Shown here piece after piece: positions 30,510 to 40,460 of a DNA stretch of 64,000 nt (the stretch's first letter is position 1; each line of letters opens with the position of its first letter). The notes under the pieces were generated by a model that saw only the letters and a list, made by a program, of their open reading frames with translations, did no database searches and had not been told where the DNA came from. Position numbers and translations under genes: made by a program. This stretch comes from a virus. The stretch covers positions 1-64,000 of the IMG/VR virus record IMGVR_UViG_3300023174_007026; one strand, given 5' to 3'.

Positions 30510-33059
30510 TCAAGCAAATAAATCCAACAAATCACTTTTTACTTGTTCATTGGGTTTGTGAGCAGACCATTTGACAGCCGCATAAAATCTCTCTACAACA
30601 CTGAACACAATCTTTTCAAACATCTTTTCATAGTCAGGTTCAAATGCTTCAACAAACTCTTGAGGGTAGTAATATTTGAATGCAATGCTTTGCATGTTGT
30701 ATTTGTTGGGATGTTTGATGTACATCCATCTTACTTTGTCGCCGCTCTGCAACACTTCATATTTGTTTTCAATGTCTAGCTTTTTGATGAGTGTATTATA
30801 ACCATGCGCTGATTTGACATGCACTGGTGTACCTTTGGGCATGTTCATCTCCTTGCTCTTGCTGGCAAACTTATCATAATCACTCATACCGCTGGTGTAT
30901 GCCAATTCTTCTGGTTTGAGACTCTTGAATACCTCATAAGCTTCATTGACAACATCATTGGTCGCTTTGCGATTTTGAGACACCATCATGGTCTCAATGA
31001 TTTTCTTGACATATGGCTTGATGGCTTTGGGCATTGTTGTTCTCACAACATCTACACCCACATATTTCCATTTATCACACTCAATGCCTTCATCATCAAC
31101 TACGTGAGCAACATATCGCTTCTTTTCCAAGAACAATCCCTTGTCAATGATGGCTTCACGTTTGAATTCAATGCGAGGATCTTGACTGTTGAGTGCATCT
31201 TGCATCCATGCTTTGATTTTATCATTCAAGTACACATTGAGCTGCTCAATGATTGCATGGGCACCTGCTGTCACTTTACCATTTTCAATGAGATTGATGT
31301 TGCGAGCTCGCAGCAATGGTGCAACAGAGAAATAAGCTGAGTCTGTATCACCTGCTACAGCAATGTCTTCAAAATCATTATGACCAATAACGCTCTGTGC
31401 AAACTCTCTGCCATATGTTCGTGCTGCTTTGATGACTGACTGGCCAGTCAATGTGATGCTGGCTGCAATGTCATCATCACCAATGGGAGCATTTTTATTG
31501 CCCATGTATCCATATACGCTGTTGATGAAAATCTTGATGCACAATTGCTTGGCATTGAGCTGCACAATTTTATCTTTGGTATATCCATCAGACTTGCCAC
31601 CTTTCTTGAGCATTTGCATCTCTTTGCGAATCTTGACACGTTCTTTATAATAATGGTCAACAATCTCAGGCAAGATTCCTTTGTGCTTCTGTGTAAACAA
31701 TACTTTGGCACGAGAAATAGCTACTTGCTCATCTTTGACAAACTGTCCAAACTTGGCATGACTCAACTTGAATGTGGATCCGCTGCAATGCTGCACTGTG
31801 ACATTGTTATCATCTTTGTCGATGATTTTGCCAATTTTAGTCTCTGGTGACATGTTGAGACTAATCATGATGTTGGGGTACAGAGAGTTAGCATCAAATG
31901 ATACCACATCTTTTTGAAAGCCTTCCAATGGCTCTGCAACATATGCACCAGGATTTTTCTCATCACTGCCATGACGAATAAATGTTGGCAGAAACTGCTG
32001 ACGCAATCGAGCTTTGATGGCTGCAGTTCCAGTGATGGTAGACAATGTACTCATGGCGTTCTCCATGGTAGTCAATCCCATGTATGACAACATGCGCAGC
32101 AATTCAACAAATTGCAGTTTAGCATCCATCTTTACCAGCAGATTGACGTCTTGAATGTTGTAATCCACAAACAGCTGCCAATTGTCTTTGGACAAACTGG
32201 CAAGGTTGGTGTTGCCATAGTCAATCTTCTTTTCACCCAGCTCCAACTCTGCAATGAAATCAAGTTTGTAGCTCTCACGGTTGACAAAGCTGAATCGTTT
32301 GTAGATGTCAATGTAGTCCACACAAGAAATGCCGTCAATGTACCATCTGATTTCTTCTTTGCCAAACATACCACTGCGCAATGTTCTGCAATACACCTTT
32401 TGAATTGGTGACAGTTGCTTGACAAACTCTTCACCCAACATGTTGGTGATGCGATTGATGATGTACGGAATATCAAAGCCTGATGTATTCCATCCAGTCA
32501 ACAAATCTGGTGCATTGTTTTCAAAGTAAGTGATGAATTCCATCAACAAGTGCTTTTCACTCCTGCAATACTTGTATACAACATCAGCATTGCTGTTCTT
32601 GTAAGGTGCAGTGCCCCATGAATAAAACTTTTGATCAATGCTGTCATGAACAGTAATGACATTGATGGGATGCTGCGCTAATTCAGCCTTGGGAAACACA
32701 TCTGGACTGTACACCTCAATATCCAAAAACATGGTACGTATAGGATGCTGCTGAAACTCCTCTGTTTCATTGTATTTGTAATATGCATCAACTAAAAACT
32801 GCTGCACTGGTGCAAGATTCTCAAATACTCGACGAGTGCCGCACTCTTTGAGGAATTTGTATCGCTCATACTGCGTCTTGAAAGTCTTTTTACGCAACTT
32901 GGTATTGAAGATGCTGACATCATTGCCAGTGCGATCTTCCAACATGATGTATGGGTTGTATGAACTAGTAAAGCTGACTCTGTTGCCTTGTTTATCCCAG
33001 GAGAAAATCTTGATGCATTCTTCTTGCGGTATGTATACTGCGTTTCTATAGCCAATCAT
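30510..33059 (-). CDS. gp43: Family B DNA polymerase (T4 gp43-like)
   Basis: Exonuclease DIE, FDIPY, YNIQD; polymerase DANSLYP, KIFINSVYG, GDTDS. Confidence 0.96.
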   Translation of the reverse strand: MIGYRNAVYIPQEECIKIFSWDKQGNRVSFTSSYNPYIMLEDRTGNDVSIFNTKLRKKTFKTQYERYKFLKECGTRRVFENLAPVQQFLVDAYYKYNETEEFQQHPIRTMFLDIEVYSPDVFPKAELAQHPINVITVHDSIDQKFYSWGTAPYKNSNADVVYKYCRSEKHLLMEFITYFENNAPDLLTGWNTSGFDIPYIINRITNMLGEEFVKQLSPIQKVYCRTLRSGMFGKEEIRWYIDGISCVDYIDIYKRFSFVNRESYKLDFIAELELGEKKIDYGNTNLASLSKDNWQLFVDYNIQDVNLLVKMDAKLQFVELLRMLSYMGLTTMENAMSTLSTITGTAAIKARLRQQFLPTFIRHGSDEKNPGAYVAEPLEGFQKDVVSFDANSLYPNIMISLNMSPETKIGKIIDKDDNNVTVQHCSGSTFKLSHAKFGQFVKDEQVAISRAKVLFTQKHKGILPEIVDHYYKERVKIRKEMQMLKKGGKSDGYTKDKIVQLNAKQLCIKIFINSVYGYMGNKNAPIGDDDIAASITLTGQSVIKAARTYGREFAQSVIGHNDFEDIAVAGDTDSAYFSVAPLLRARNINLIENGKVTAGAHAIIEQLNVYLNDKIKAWMQDALNSQDPRIEFKREAIIDKGLFLEKKRYVAHVVDDEGIECDKWKYVGVDVVRTTMPKAIKPYVKKIIETMMVSQNRKATNDVVNEAYEVFKSLKPEELAYTSGMSDYDKFASKSKEMNMPKGTPVHVKSAHGYNTLIKKLDIENKYEVLQSGDKVRWMYIKHPNKYNMQSIAFKYYYPQEFVEAFEPDYEKMFEKIVFSVVERFYAAVKWSAHKPNEQVKSDLLDLFA

Positions 33060-33065
33060 GCATAT

Positions 33066-33093
33066 ACAATAGCATGTTCTTGAATGTTTTCAA
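33066..33093 (-). promoter_or_regulatory. Early/middle promoter of gp43, TTGAAA-N16-TATTGT
   Basis: Same 16-nt geometry at about 14 genes; 6 nt before the ATG. Confidence 0.7.
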
Positions 33094-33107
33094 CATAAAT
33101 ATTTTTG

Positions 33108-33404
33108 ATGGACAATAAACCTAAATTATCGCAGCTTTGGAATGATGTTGCTATCAAGTGCAGAAAAACAGCAATTTTTATGAATGATGTTGATTACGGG
33201 CCACGAGCTCGCCAATTTGAGAATTATTTTGTGTCTGACTATGTTAATTATCTTGCAGAAGCCATTGCAATGCTGGTGCGTGATGATTTTTTAATCACGA
33301 GACAATACAAGATCATGAAGAAGCACAGAGCTGGTTTGGAGACTGTAACTAACAAACAAAATAAATATGTTGCTCTAGCTGGTTATGATGCAGCAGAACT
33401 TTAA
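33108..33404 (+). CDS. Small hypothetical late protein, tandem paralog 1
   Basis: TAAATATTTTTGATG start context; MDNKPKLSQLWNDVA. Confidence 0.6.
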   Translation: MDNKPKLSQLWNDVAIKCRKTAIFMNDVDYGPRARQFENYFVSDYVNYLAEAIAMLVRDDFLITRQYKIMKKHRAGLETVTNKQNKYVALAGYDAAEL

Positions 33405-33413
33405 ATATTTTTG

Positions 33414-33716
33414 ATGAATAACAAGCCAGGATTATCACAGCTATGGAATGATGTTGCTACATCAGGCATCGAGATTGTAATTAATTTGATTGAAAGTCCT
33501 ATAACACTCAAACACCACAAAACCAGTGACTACCTTTTTAATACTTACTGCAAATATTTAGCTGTAGCCATAGCAATGCTGTTGAAGAATGGTGGACCAT
33601 CTAAATTTCAAGAACGTGTATTGTGGAATGTCAACTATAAAAAAGCACTACAGATGATGCACTGGGAAAATCCATCTGCTAAGACAGTTGATTTGTATGA
33701 TGTGACAAAGCTTTAA
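33414..33716 (+). CDS. Small hypothetical late protein, tandem paralog 2
   Basis: Identical TAAATATTTTTGATG context; MNNKPGLSQLWNDVA. Confidence 0.6.
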   Translation: MNNKPGLSQLWNDVATSGIEIVINLIESPITLKHHKTSDYLFNTYCKYLAVAIAMLLKNGGPSKFQERVLWNVNYKKALQMMHWENPSAKTVDLYDVTKL

Positions 33717-34930
33717 ATGCTGTTGTTGTATCTGTTGAGATTGGTGCGCTTGCTGCTGCCATAAGGAGTAGCAAACAATTCAGAATAACATTCAATGTTG
33801 TTGTTGCGTTCCAAGAATCTACTCTCTGCAACTTTGCGATATTGATATTGTTTTTCGCTGTATGCATTGGTACGACGCAATGTATCTTCAATGCAGTGCA
33901 GCATTTCTTCACCTGTGTTGAACTTGATAGGTGCATCTTTGTATGTGCACAAGTCTTGACATGCAACAGGCAATCCATATGCACATGCTTCAATGTATTT
34001 GATATCGCTTTTGCATTTGTTGAAGTTGTTGTCTTGCAATGGTGCTACCATCATTTGGACGCCCAGTTCAAACAGCTTTTTAGGATAATCATACAACGTC
34101 TGCCAGTTTTGAAACTCCATTTCTCCTTTTTGGATATACGGAATCAACTGCATAGGAGCTGCACCCATGAACACCCACTGATATTTGTGTCTGGAGTCAA
34201 TGATGGCTTTGATGACGTGTTCAAAATCATCTTTGAAACCTGTCTTGTTTTCAACATCAAAGTGTGCACCAGATCCAGCATACAAGACGCGAGGTTTCTT
34301 TTTGTTCTTTTGCAGTAGTTGTGTATTGCGTTGTGGATTAAAATATTGTCCACACCACCACTCTGGCGGGAAGTTGGGAATGACTGTAACTTCTTTTTTA
34401 CCCAATTTGCTGCGGAAGTAGTCACGCATGAAGTCATTGGTTACTGTTACTTCATCACACAGGTTCATAATTTCTGTAACTACTCTGCGCGTCTCATCAT
34501 TATCAAATGCAAACTTGAATTTGTTGTAATCAGGAATATCTTCTTTGAAGACAACATCATCAATTTCATAAATGAGTCTGAAATTAAATTGCTTTTGCAA
34601 ATGTTTAAGGTATTGAACAAATTCCAACTGCTGTACAGTTGCTTGTCTCTGCACTCGTACAGCTTGTAGTCCACTGTACATGCCATCTTGAGTAGTCATG
34701 ATGGTACTAGTGTGTACCAATGCTTTGCCTTGTGCATTCAAGTAGTGCTCTGGCCAGATCATGCGCCAGAATCCACATCCAGACAAGTCAGCTGCATACT
34801 GTAAAATTCTTGGCAGTGATGCTTCTGGTGGCTCAGGCTCAACAGGAGGTGCAGTTGGCTGAATTAAAAACTTGGGTGTCTGAAATGGAGTTTTGCCAAA
34901 CGGTGTTGCTGCAAAAGGCTGTGGAAACAT
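33713..34930 (-). CDS. GT-B fold glycosyltransferase (candidate DNA-modifying enzyme)
   Basis: SGCGFWR, YEIDD, APLQDNNFNKCKSDIKYIEACAYGLP motifs; lies between gp46 and gp43. Confidence 0.8.
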   Translation of the reverse strand: MFPQPFAATPFGKTPFQTPKFLIQPTAPPVEPEPPEASLPRILQYAADLSGCGFWRMIWPEHYLNAQGKALVHTSTIMTTQDGMYSGLQAVRVQRQATVQQLEFVQYLKHLQKQFNFRLIYEIDDVVFKEDIPDYNKFKFAFDNDETRRVVTEIMNLCDEVTVTNDFMRDYFRSKLGKKEVTVIPNFPPEWWCGQYFNPQRNTQLLQKNKKKPRVLYAGSGAHFDVENKTGFKDDFEHVIKAIIDSRHKYQWVFMGAAPMQLIPYIQKGEMEFQNWQTLYDYPKKLFELGVQMMVAPLQDNNFNKCKSDIKYIEACAYGLPVACQDLCTYKDAPIKFNTGEEMLHCIEDTLRRTNAYSEKQYQYRKVAESRFLERNNNIECYSELFATPYGSSKRTNLNRYNNSI

Positions 34931-34950
34931 ACATGCATTTATTGCATGCA

Positions 34951-36753
34951 TTACAATTGGCAACTGGCTCTGCGTGTGATGCCATTGTGTTTTTCAAGAT
35001 AAATGATCTCACCAGTTGCAGCTTTAATGCTTTCTTTGCGATGAGATATTACCAATGCACATTCATTGTTCTTCTCAACACGTTCTTTAATGATGTCAAT
35101 GACCATGTCAACGCCGCGTGTATCCAGGCTGCTGTCAAACAATTCATCATAAATGGTCAAGTTGTATACCACATCACCTTGCATGCGACGAATGTCAATG
35201 AATGAGAACAAGCATGCAAGGTCAATGCTTTTGCGTTCAGCGCCAGAGAAGTTGAAGTATGAGCAAATTTTGCCTTTGTCATTGACAATTTCTTCTTCAA
35301 AATATTCATTGAATTTGCATACGCAGTTGGCATCCATTTTATCAAGATACGCTGCAAGTTTACTGTTGAGCAATTGCAGGATTTTTTTGACAATGAAAGA
35401 TTTAACACCTTCTTCACATGCAATGTACTTGACGACATCCAACATGTTGATGAGACTGCGTTGCTTGTTGATGCTTTGCTCAACATTGTCAATACGAACC
35501 TTCATATCTTGAATCAATTCATCAAATTCAGTATCATCATTGTTGAGTTGTTCAATGTCATTGCTCAATTGTGTACACCAAGTCTGCAATTGATTGATGC
35601 GATCTTGCAATCCTTCTTTTTCTTTGGCAGCTACATTGTACTTGTTGATTTTGTCTTTGTAAGCATCCACCATTTTTTTGATTTCTTTGTGGCGATGCTT
35701 TTGCTGTTCAAGTTTTTGCTGAGCTTGAGCAATGTTGGTTTTGCATTCATCAATTTGCTGTTGTAAATTTTGCTTCTCCTGTGCAATGTGTTGTACATCG
35801 TGTTGTGTAATGGGACGCAAACACTTGTTACACATTGTACCATTGACATCAATGTCTCTAAGACGCAGTGTCAAGTTGTTGCAGCTCATTTGTGTAACAG
35901 CCACGTGTTGCAAATGCTGGTCAACATTGTTTTGACACTTTTCAGCACCATCATTGAGCTGTTCAATGGCACTCTTGAGTTTATCAACATCAATGTCAAT
36001 GATGTCATTCATGCTTTGCATCAACCTTTGCATCTCCATCTGGTTATCTGTCTGGCGCTGCTTGTAAACCTGTTGTTTATCTTTACGACTCTTAAGAACA
36101 TTGCTTTTTTGTTGCTCATAATTGGCAACATTGCTTTTATAACCCTCATAAGCTGCCAGTTCTATGTCATAAGTCTTTTTGTTTTCATTGTACTCTTCTC
36201 TGACATGGCCCAACATCTTGGTAAACACTTCCAAATTGAAAATGCCTTCAATGAATTTACGTTTTTCAACTTTGTTCTGAGCCATGAACGGCACAGTATC
36301 ATTGAGTGTCATGATGACACAGTTTTTGAAAATGCTGGGCGTTGCATTGATGAGATTGCATATTTCAATGGTAGTGTTTGCAATGCTGTCACGTGTAATA
36401 TCAACACCATCCTCCATCAAGATGCATTTGCTGGGGTTTAAACATCTGGTGATGACATATTCTTTGGTGCCTTGTTCAGAGGCAATGGAGAATTCCAACT
36501 CAACGGCGCATGTTGCATTGGTGATGTTGTTGATGATGAGATCCTTTTTGAGTTCTCTCAAGCTGGTACCAAAGATTGCAAAATAAATTGCATCTGCAAT
36601 GGTGGATTTGCCAATGGCATTTTGTCTGTCTGGCTTATCCTTGTTGGCACCAGTGATGATGTGCAGTCCTTTCTTGAACTCCACTTCCACTGTCTCATGT
36701 CCAACAGACAAAAAGTTTTGAATTGCTACGCGGCGAAAATTAACGTATTTCAT
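34951..36753 (-). CDS. gp46: Recombination endonuclease ATPase subunit (gp46/SbcC/Rad50-like)
   Basis: GKST, CNKC hook, coiled coils, FSGAE, DELFD and SH motifs. Confidence 0.93.
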   Translation of the reverse strand: MKYVNFRRVAIQNFLSVGHETVEVEFKKGLHIITGANKDKPDRQNAIGKSTIADAIYFAIFGTSLRELKKDLIINNITNATCAVELEFSIASEQGTKEYVITRCLNPSKCILMEDGVDITRDSIANTTIEICNLINATPSIFKNCVIMTLNDTVPFMAQNKVEKRKFIEGIFNLEVFTKMLGHVREEYNENKKTYDIELAAYEGYKSNVANYEQQKSNVLKSRKDKQQVYKQRQTDNQMEMQRLMQSMNDIIDIDVDKLKSAIEQLNDGAEKCQNNVDQHLQHVAVTQMSCNNLTLRLRDIDVNGTMCNKCLRPITQHDVQHIAQEKQNLQQQIDECKTNIAQAQQKLEQQKHRHKEIKKMVDAYKDKINKYNVAAKEKEGLQDRINQLQTWCTQLSNDIEQLNNDDTEFDELIQDMKVRIDNVEQSINKQRSLINMLDVVKYIACEEGVKSFIVKKILQLLNSKLAAYLDKMDANCVCKFNEYFEEEIVNDKGKICSYFNFSGAERKSIDLACLFSFIDIRRMQGDVVYNLTIYDELFDSSLDTRGVDMVIDIIKERVEKNNECALVISHRKESIKAATGEIIYLEKHNGITRRASCQL

Positions 36754-37790
36754 CTGTACTTTCTATAAAGTTGCAAGCAGTATTGCTCAATTTCTTGTTT
36801 GTTTTCAATCTCCAGCATGGCAATGAAGTCATGAATGGCTTGTTCAACATCAATTCCAGACAGGTCTTTGCGGTCATCTGCATTGATCTGTGATGCTGTA
36901 CTGTTGTAGTCCACACTCAGCTGCAGTGGCTTGAGAGAACCTAGTTTGGTTACCAAATAATCTGCATCTTCTGTGCTTACAACTCTGTCAATGATGAATC
37001 TGATGATGTTGTTGTTGCATAATTTGCGCAATTGCAATGCATCAACTTGATTGCTGATGAGATTGGACAACTGCAGCTTGTAAATGAGTGGTGATTGTGT
37101 GTTTTTGTGGAACTCAAACTCATTGAGCAAGCTGTCATAGATGTAAAATCCTTTGACATTGCCAGAATCATTCAAGTCTGTTTGAAATGGATTGCCAACA
37201 TACTTGATAGTTCCTGTTTCAAACACTCTATCATCTCTAAAGTGGAAATGCCCGCTCACAATCATGGGAGATTTCTGCAGCAAGTCTTTGATATTGAATC
37301 CATGTTCACAAACTCTGAAAGAATTCATCTTGAATGTCTGAATTTCAAAATGACCAAACATCAAATCACATTGTGGTATGTCATTGATATCAAAACCCCA
37401 TGGCACCATGCATGCATGTTTGTTGCCAATGTGAATGCTCTGCACTTTATCAAACACACAAATGTTTTGCCACCCACTGAACATAGCCAGAGAGTGCACA
37501 TCAGCCTTCTCTTTGTAGTAACAGTCATGATTGCCTGGAATCATGAACAGTCTAAATGGCTTGAATTTGTCTAAAATTTGACATGCAATGTGCATGCTGT
37601 TGACTGCCACAGCATCACGGTCGTGAAAGAAGTCGCCACAAAAAATTACATCTTGTATCTTATGATGATGCAGCTGTTTTACAAACCAATCAGCCCAATC
37701 CAGTGTAATTTTGTGCCACATGCTGCTGTTGCAGTGTACACCTACATGCAAATCACTGAAGATGGCTACTCTGTTACTCAGATTCATCAT
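36750..37790 (-). CDS. gp47: Recombination endonuclease nuclease subunit (gp47/SbcD/Mre11-like)
   Basis: SDLH, GDFF, GNHD and SGHFH motifs. Confidence 0.93.
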   Translation of the reverse strand: MMNLSNRVAIFSDLHVGVHCNSSMWHKITLDWADWFVKQLHHHKIQDVIFCGDFFHDRDAVAVNSMHIACQILDKFKPFRLFMIPGNHDCYYKEKADVHSLAMFSGWQNICVFDKVQSIHIGNKHACMVPWGFDINDIPQCDLMFGHFEIQTFKMNSFRVCEHGFNIKDLLQKSPMIVSGHFHFRDDRVFETGTIKYVGNPFQTDLNDSGNVKGFYIYDSLLNEFEFHKNTQSPLIYKLQLSNLISNQVDALQLRKLCNNNIIRFIIDRVVSTEDADYLVTKLGSLKPLQLSVDYNSTASQINADDRKDLSGIDVEQAIHDFIAMLEIENKQEIEQYCLQLYRKYR

Positions 37791-38250
37791 AATATCTGTC
37801 AGAAGCATCATCACTTGTTGTTGGTCTGCTGTAGATAAAACCATTGCCTTCTGCACTGCTGGTCAGCAGTTGTTTATAATGGCTCTCTCTGTAGTCTTCC
37901 AAAGTTTGATGATGTTTTTTCTCCCTCTTGATTCTGTTGATGAATGCATGAAATGCAATGGTAGTAAAGTAACTGAATGGATTAGTTTCAGATGTTACAT
38001 TATACTTTTTGTGTTTAAGAGCAGCATACATCTTTACCAATGCATCTCCTATCATTTCATCTTTGTAAGTATAATTGATGAAGCTAGGAGAGTAGCTGAG
38101 ACCTTTAGCAATTTTGTTGAGACATTCACCCAGTGTTGAAGAGCAATTGTTGGATACATAAAACTCTTCAATCTCTTTCTTGAAGTTTGCGGGGTCTACA
38201 TAGAATTCGTCTTTGCTGAACTTGGTTGTAGGTCTTTTTGTTTTAGACAT
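37774..38250 (-). CDS. gp55: Late-transcription sigma factor (gp55-like)
   Basis: YVD, LSYSPSFINYTYKDEMIGDA and NPFSYFTTIAFHAFINRIKREKK. Confidence 0.92.
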   Translation of the reverse strand: MSKTKRPTTKFSKDEFYVDPANFKKEIEEFYVSNNCSSTLGECLNKIAKGLSYSPSFINYTYKDEMIGDALVKMYAALKHKKYNVTSETNPFSYFTTIAFHAFINRIKREKKHHQTLEDYRESHYKQLLTSSAEGNGFIYSRPTTSDDASDRYYDESE

Positions 38251-38255
38251 ACAAC

Positions 38256-38283
38256 ATTATAACATTGATGTGCTAGTTCTCAA
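38256..38283 (-). promoter_or_regulatory. Early/middle promoter of gp55, TTGAGA-N16-TATAAT
   Basis: 5 nt before ATG 38250. Confidence 0.7.
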
Positions 38284-39724
38284 CTAACTTTGTTTGTATA
38301 CAACTGATTTTTTCAGTCTCATAGATCTTAGATCGTTGTTGATGATGGCGCATGCCGTATCTGAGATTATCAACAATGTCAATGATAGTGAGTATTTGTT
38401 TGTTTTGTGACTTTCTGAGACCACGACCAATGCTTTGTACTACTCGAATGAAGCTTTTGCCACCTGCAGCAAAAATAATCATGTGCAGATTCTTGATGTT
38501 GATGCCTGTTGAGAAGATGCTGCTCATGGCTATGCATACAACATTGTTGCATGACTCCAACAACTGCTTGCCTGCATTGCGTTGATCCAATGAAGTATCA
38601 CCATTGATGTATATGACTTGTTTTTCTGTGCACTGCTGCAATGCATTGTATAAACACTCACCATGCTGCAAGTGATTGATGAGTATCAAGATGTTGTTGT
38701 CATAGTTTTTACATATTTGTGTTATGACTCTGTTTCTGAACTCATTGTTGTATATGAAATCCAACTCTTTTCTGTAGTTTTCAGTCATGTGCACATCGCT
38801 ATCTTCATCCTGTGCAACATATTGCGGAACTGATTTGTACGTTATATTGATTGCACTGACTTTTACATTGGTTAAAACTTGCTGCTCACGCAATTCAGCA
38901 CTGGATTTCGTCATTAACACCTTGCCTATCTTGCCCAACACACACCACAAATCCAATGCATCAACAGGCAAGGTTCCGGTGAACCCAAACTTGTTTTTGG
39001 TGTGTATTTTGTCAATGATTTTGGTTATTGAATTGTTTTTCTTGATGGTATGTACTTCATCTACAATCAATGCACCTACATCTTTCAGCCATTCATAATT
39101 TTCAAACCTTGACAATACAATGTCATGGTTAGCAATGATGATTTGAGCTGATGCATCCAAGTTGGGTGTTGTTCCAGTCCACAAACACATGCTGGCTGTT
39201 ACACCATAGCTTACAAAGTCATTGTAAGTTTGATCTGCCAAGCCAGGATCAGGAACCAAAATCAATACATTGCTTTTGCACTGCAACAAACTGCATGCAA
39301 GTGCAGCAGTAATGAGTGTTTTACCTGCACCTGTTCCAAGAACACATATGCCTCTGCCATTGTCAATGCAATGCTGTACTGCAGTGGTCTGATAATCTCT
39401 CAATGACAAGTTGAGCTGTTCAAATACATTAGTTTGAATCTTGCTGCCATACAAATTATCAAACAAAGGTGTAGTATCTACACTTGATGCCAGTTGTTCT
39501 GCTGCTACAAAGTTGCGTATTTCATCTGCCATGCCAGGCTCAAACAATCCTGTAGGTGTAATGGCATACAGTCGCGATGGCATGTGCCGCGCCTTGAGCT
39601 TATTTTTAATGAACTTCTTGGCTTTGTTTTCAATGCTGAAATGGTGACGAATATACTCAAACATATTGCTGTCAGAGCATCTCAAAACTGCTTTGGTTTT
39701 ATCAGCATCAAATGTTACATTCAT
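38273..39724 (-). CDS. uvsW: UvsW-like SF2 helicase
   Basis: LRDYQ, TGAGKT, DEVH, TGT, FSTGINI and QSIGRGLR motifs. Confidence 0.92.
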   Translation of the reverse strand: MNVTFDADKTKAVLRCSDSNMFEYIRHHFSIENKAKKFIKNKLKARHMPSRLYAITPTGLFEPGMADEIRNFVAAEQLASSVDTTPLFDNLYGSKIQTNVFEQLNLSLRDYQTTAVQHCIDNGRGICVLGTGAGKTLITAALACSLLQCKSNVLILVPDPGLADQTYNDFVSYGVTASMCLWTGTTPNLDASAQIIIANHDIVLSRFENYEWLKDVGALIVDEVHTIKKNNSITKIIDKIHTKNKFGFTGTLPVDALDLWCVLGKIGKVLMTKSSAELREQQVLTNVKVSAINITYKSVPQYVAQDEDSDVHMTENYRKELDFIYNNEFRNRVITQICKNYDNNILILINHLQHGECLYNALQQCTEKQVIYINGDTSLDQRNAGKQLLESCNNVVCIAMSSIFSTGINIKNLHMIIFAAGGKSFIRVVQSIGRGLRKSQNKQILTIIDIVDNLRYGMRHHQQRSKIYETEKISCIQTKLVEN

Positions 39725-40116
39725 GATTGTTCAAGCTGCATCAACTGAATTACATTTTTGATGTCATATGTTGCTGAGAAAAAATTCTTTTGTACACTTT
39801 CCAAAAATTCAATGAGTAGTTCTTGCTCTTGAATCTGCTCATTGATAATTTTCATCTCATCAGTGCTGCCTACTGCACCCAACAAATTGCTTTTGTTGAA
39901 TCTGATAGGTGATTCTGTCTCAACTTCTTTGGCAACGTTTTTGTAGATGTTGTCTTTTTTGGTTTTGAGTTCTCTCAATTTGAGCTTGTGTTCAATGCAA
40001 CGCGCAGTCCAAAAATGACGCCTGTTGGGCAGTTGTTTTGCTACCTGTGAGATATTGATTTCGTTGATGTCCAAATCTTGTTTGATTTGCTCTACATACT
40101 TCTGCAATGTTTGCAT
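39721..40116 (-). CDS. uvsY: Probable UvsY recombination mediator
   Basis: 131-aa helical protein (DLDINE...YDIKN) adjacent to uvsW. Confidence 0.7.
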   Translation of the reverse strand: MQTLQKYVEQIKQDLDINEINISQVAKQLPNRRHFWTARCIEHKLKLRELKTKKDNIYKNVAKEVETESPIRFNKSNLLGAVGSTDEMKIINEQIQEQELLIEFLESVQKNFFSATYDIKNVIQLMQLEQS

Positions 40117-40148
40117 AAATAACTATATAATACAAATTGTATAATTCC

Positions 40149-40379
40149 ATGTTATTTAGTCAAATATTTCGCAATACAATCAATGAAAGCATGACAGCTG
40201 GTGGTGCTGATAGTGCTTTTGGTTCTGGTGCAAACAGCACTGCATCTCAATTTTCCAAGGATAGTTATGCGCCAGGTGATGCACGAAATGTAACTGGCAA
40301 CATCAAAGTTAAATTGCAACGCCGCAACTTTCCAGAAACTACACTTAAGAAAAATAAAAAGATCAGCAAACCTAGTTGA
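40149..40379 (+). CDS. Small putative internal head protein
   Basis: MLFSQIFRNTINE leader, G/S/A-rich middle, basic tail. Confidence 0.45.
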   Translation: MLFSQIFRNTINESMTAGGADSAFGSGANSTASQFSKDSYAPGDARNVTGNIKVKLQRRNFPETTLKKNKKISKPS

Positions 40380-40460
40380 TTAATATAAAATGTAGCTTTA
40401 TATTCTCATGGGGATGAGAGTTAATGTGTGGACTAATTATAATAATTGATATATAATTAG

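Noticed and set aside
31335-31360. Polymerase motif C reads AGDTDS instead of YGDTDS, a possible adaptation to modified bases
   Set aside because: To my knowledge T4 gp43 itself has AGDTDS, so this is not diagnostic
35770-36441. 223-aa plus-strand ORF and other long antisense ORFs (49660-50232, 30819-31340, 43569-44087)
   Set aside because: They are shadows of well-supported genes, with no motifs or promoters of their own
30510-39724. Inteins or introns in gp43, gp46 or uvsW
   Set aside because: Lengths are normal and no splicing motifs were seen
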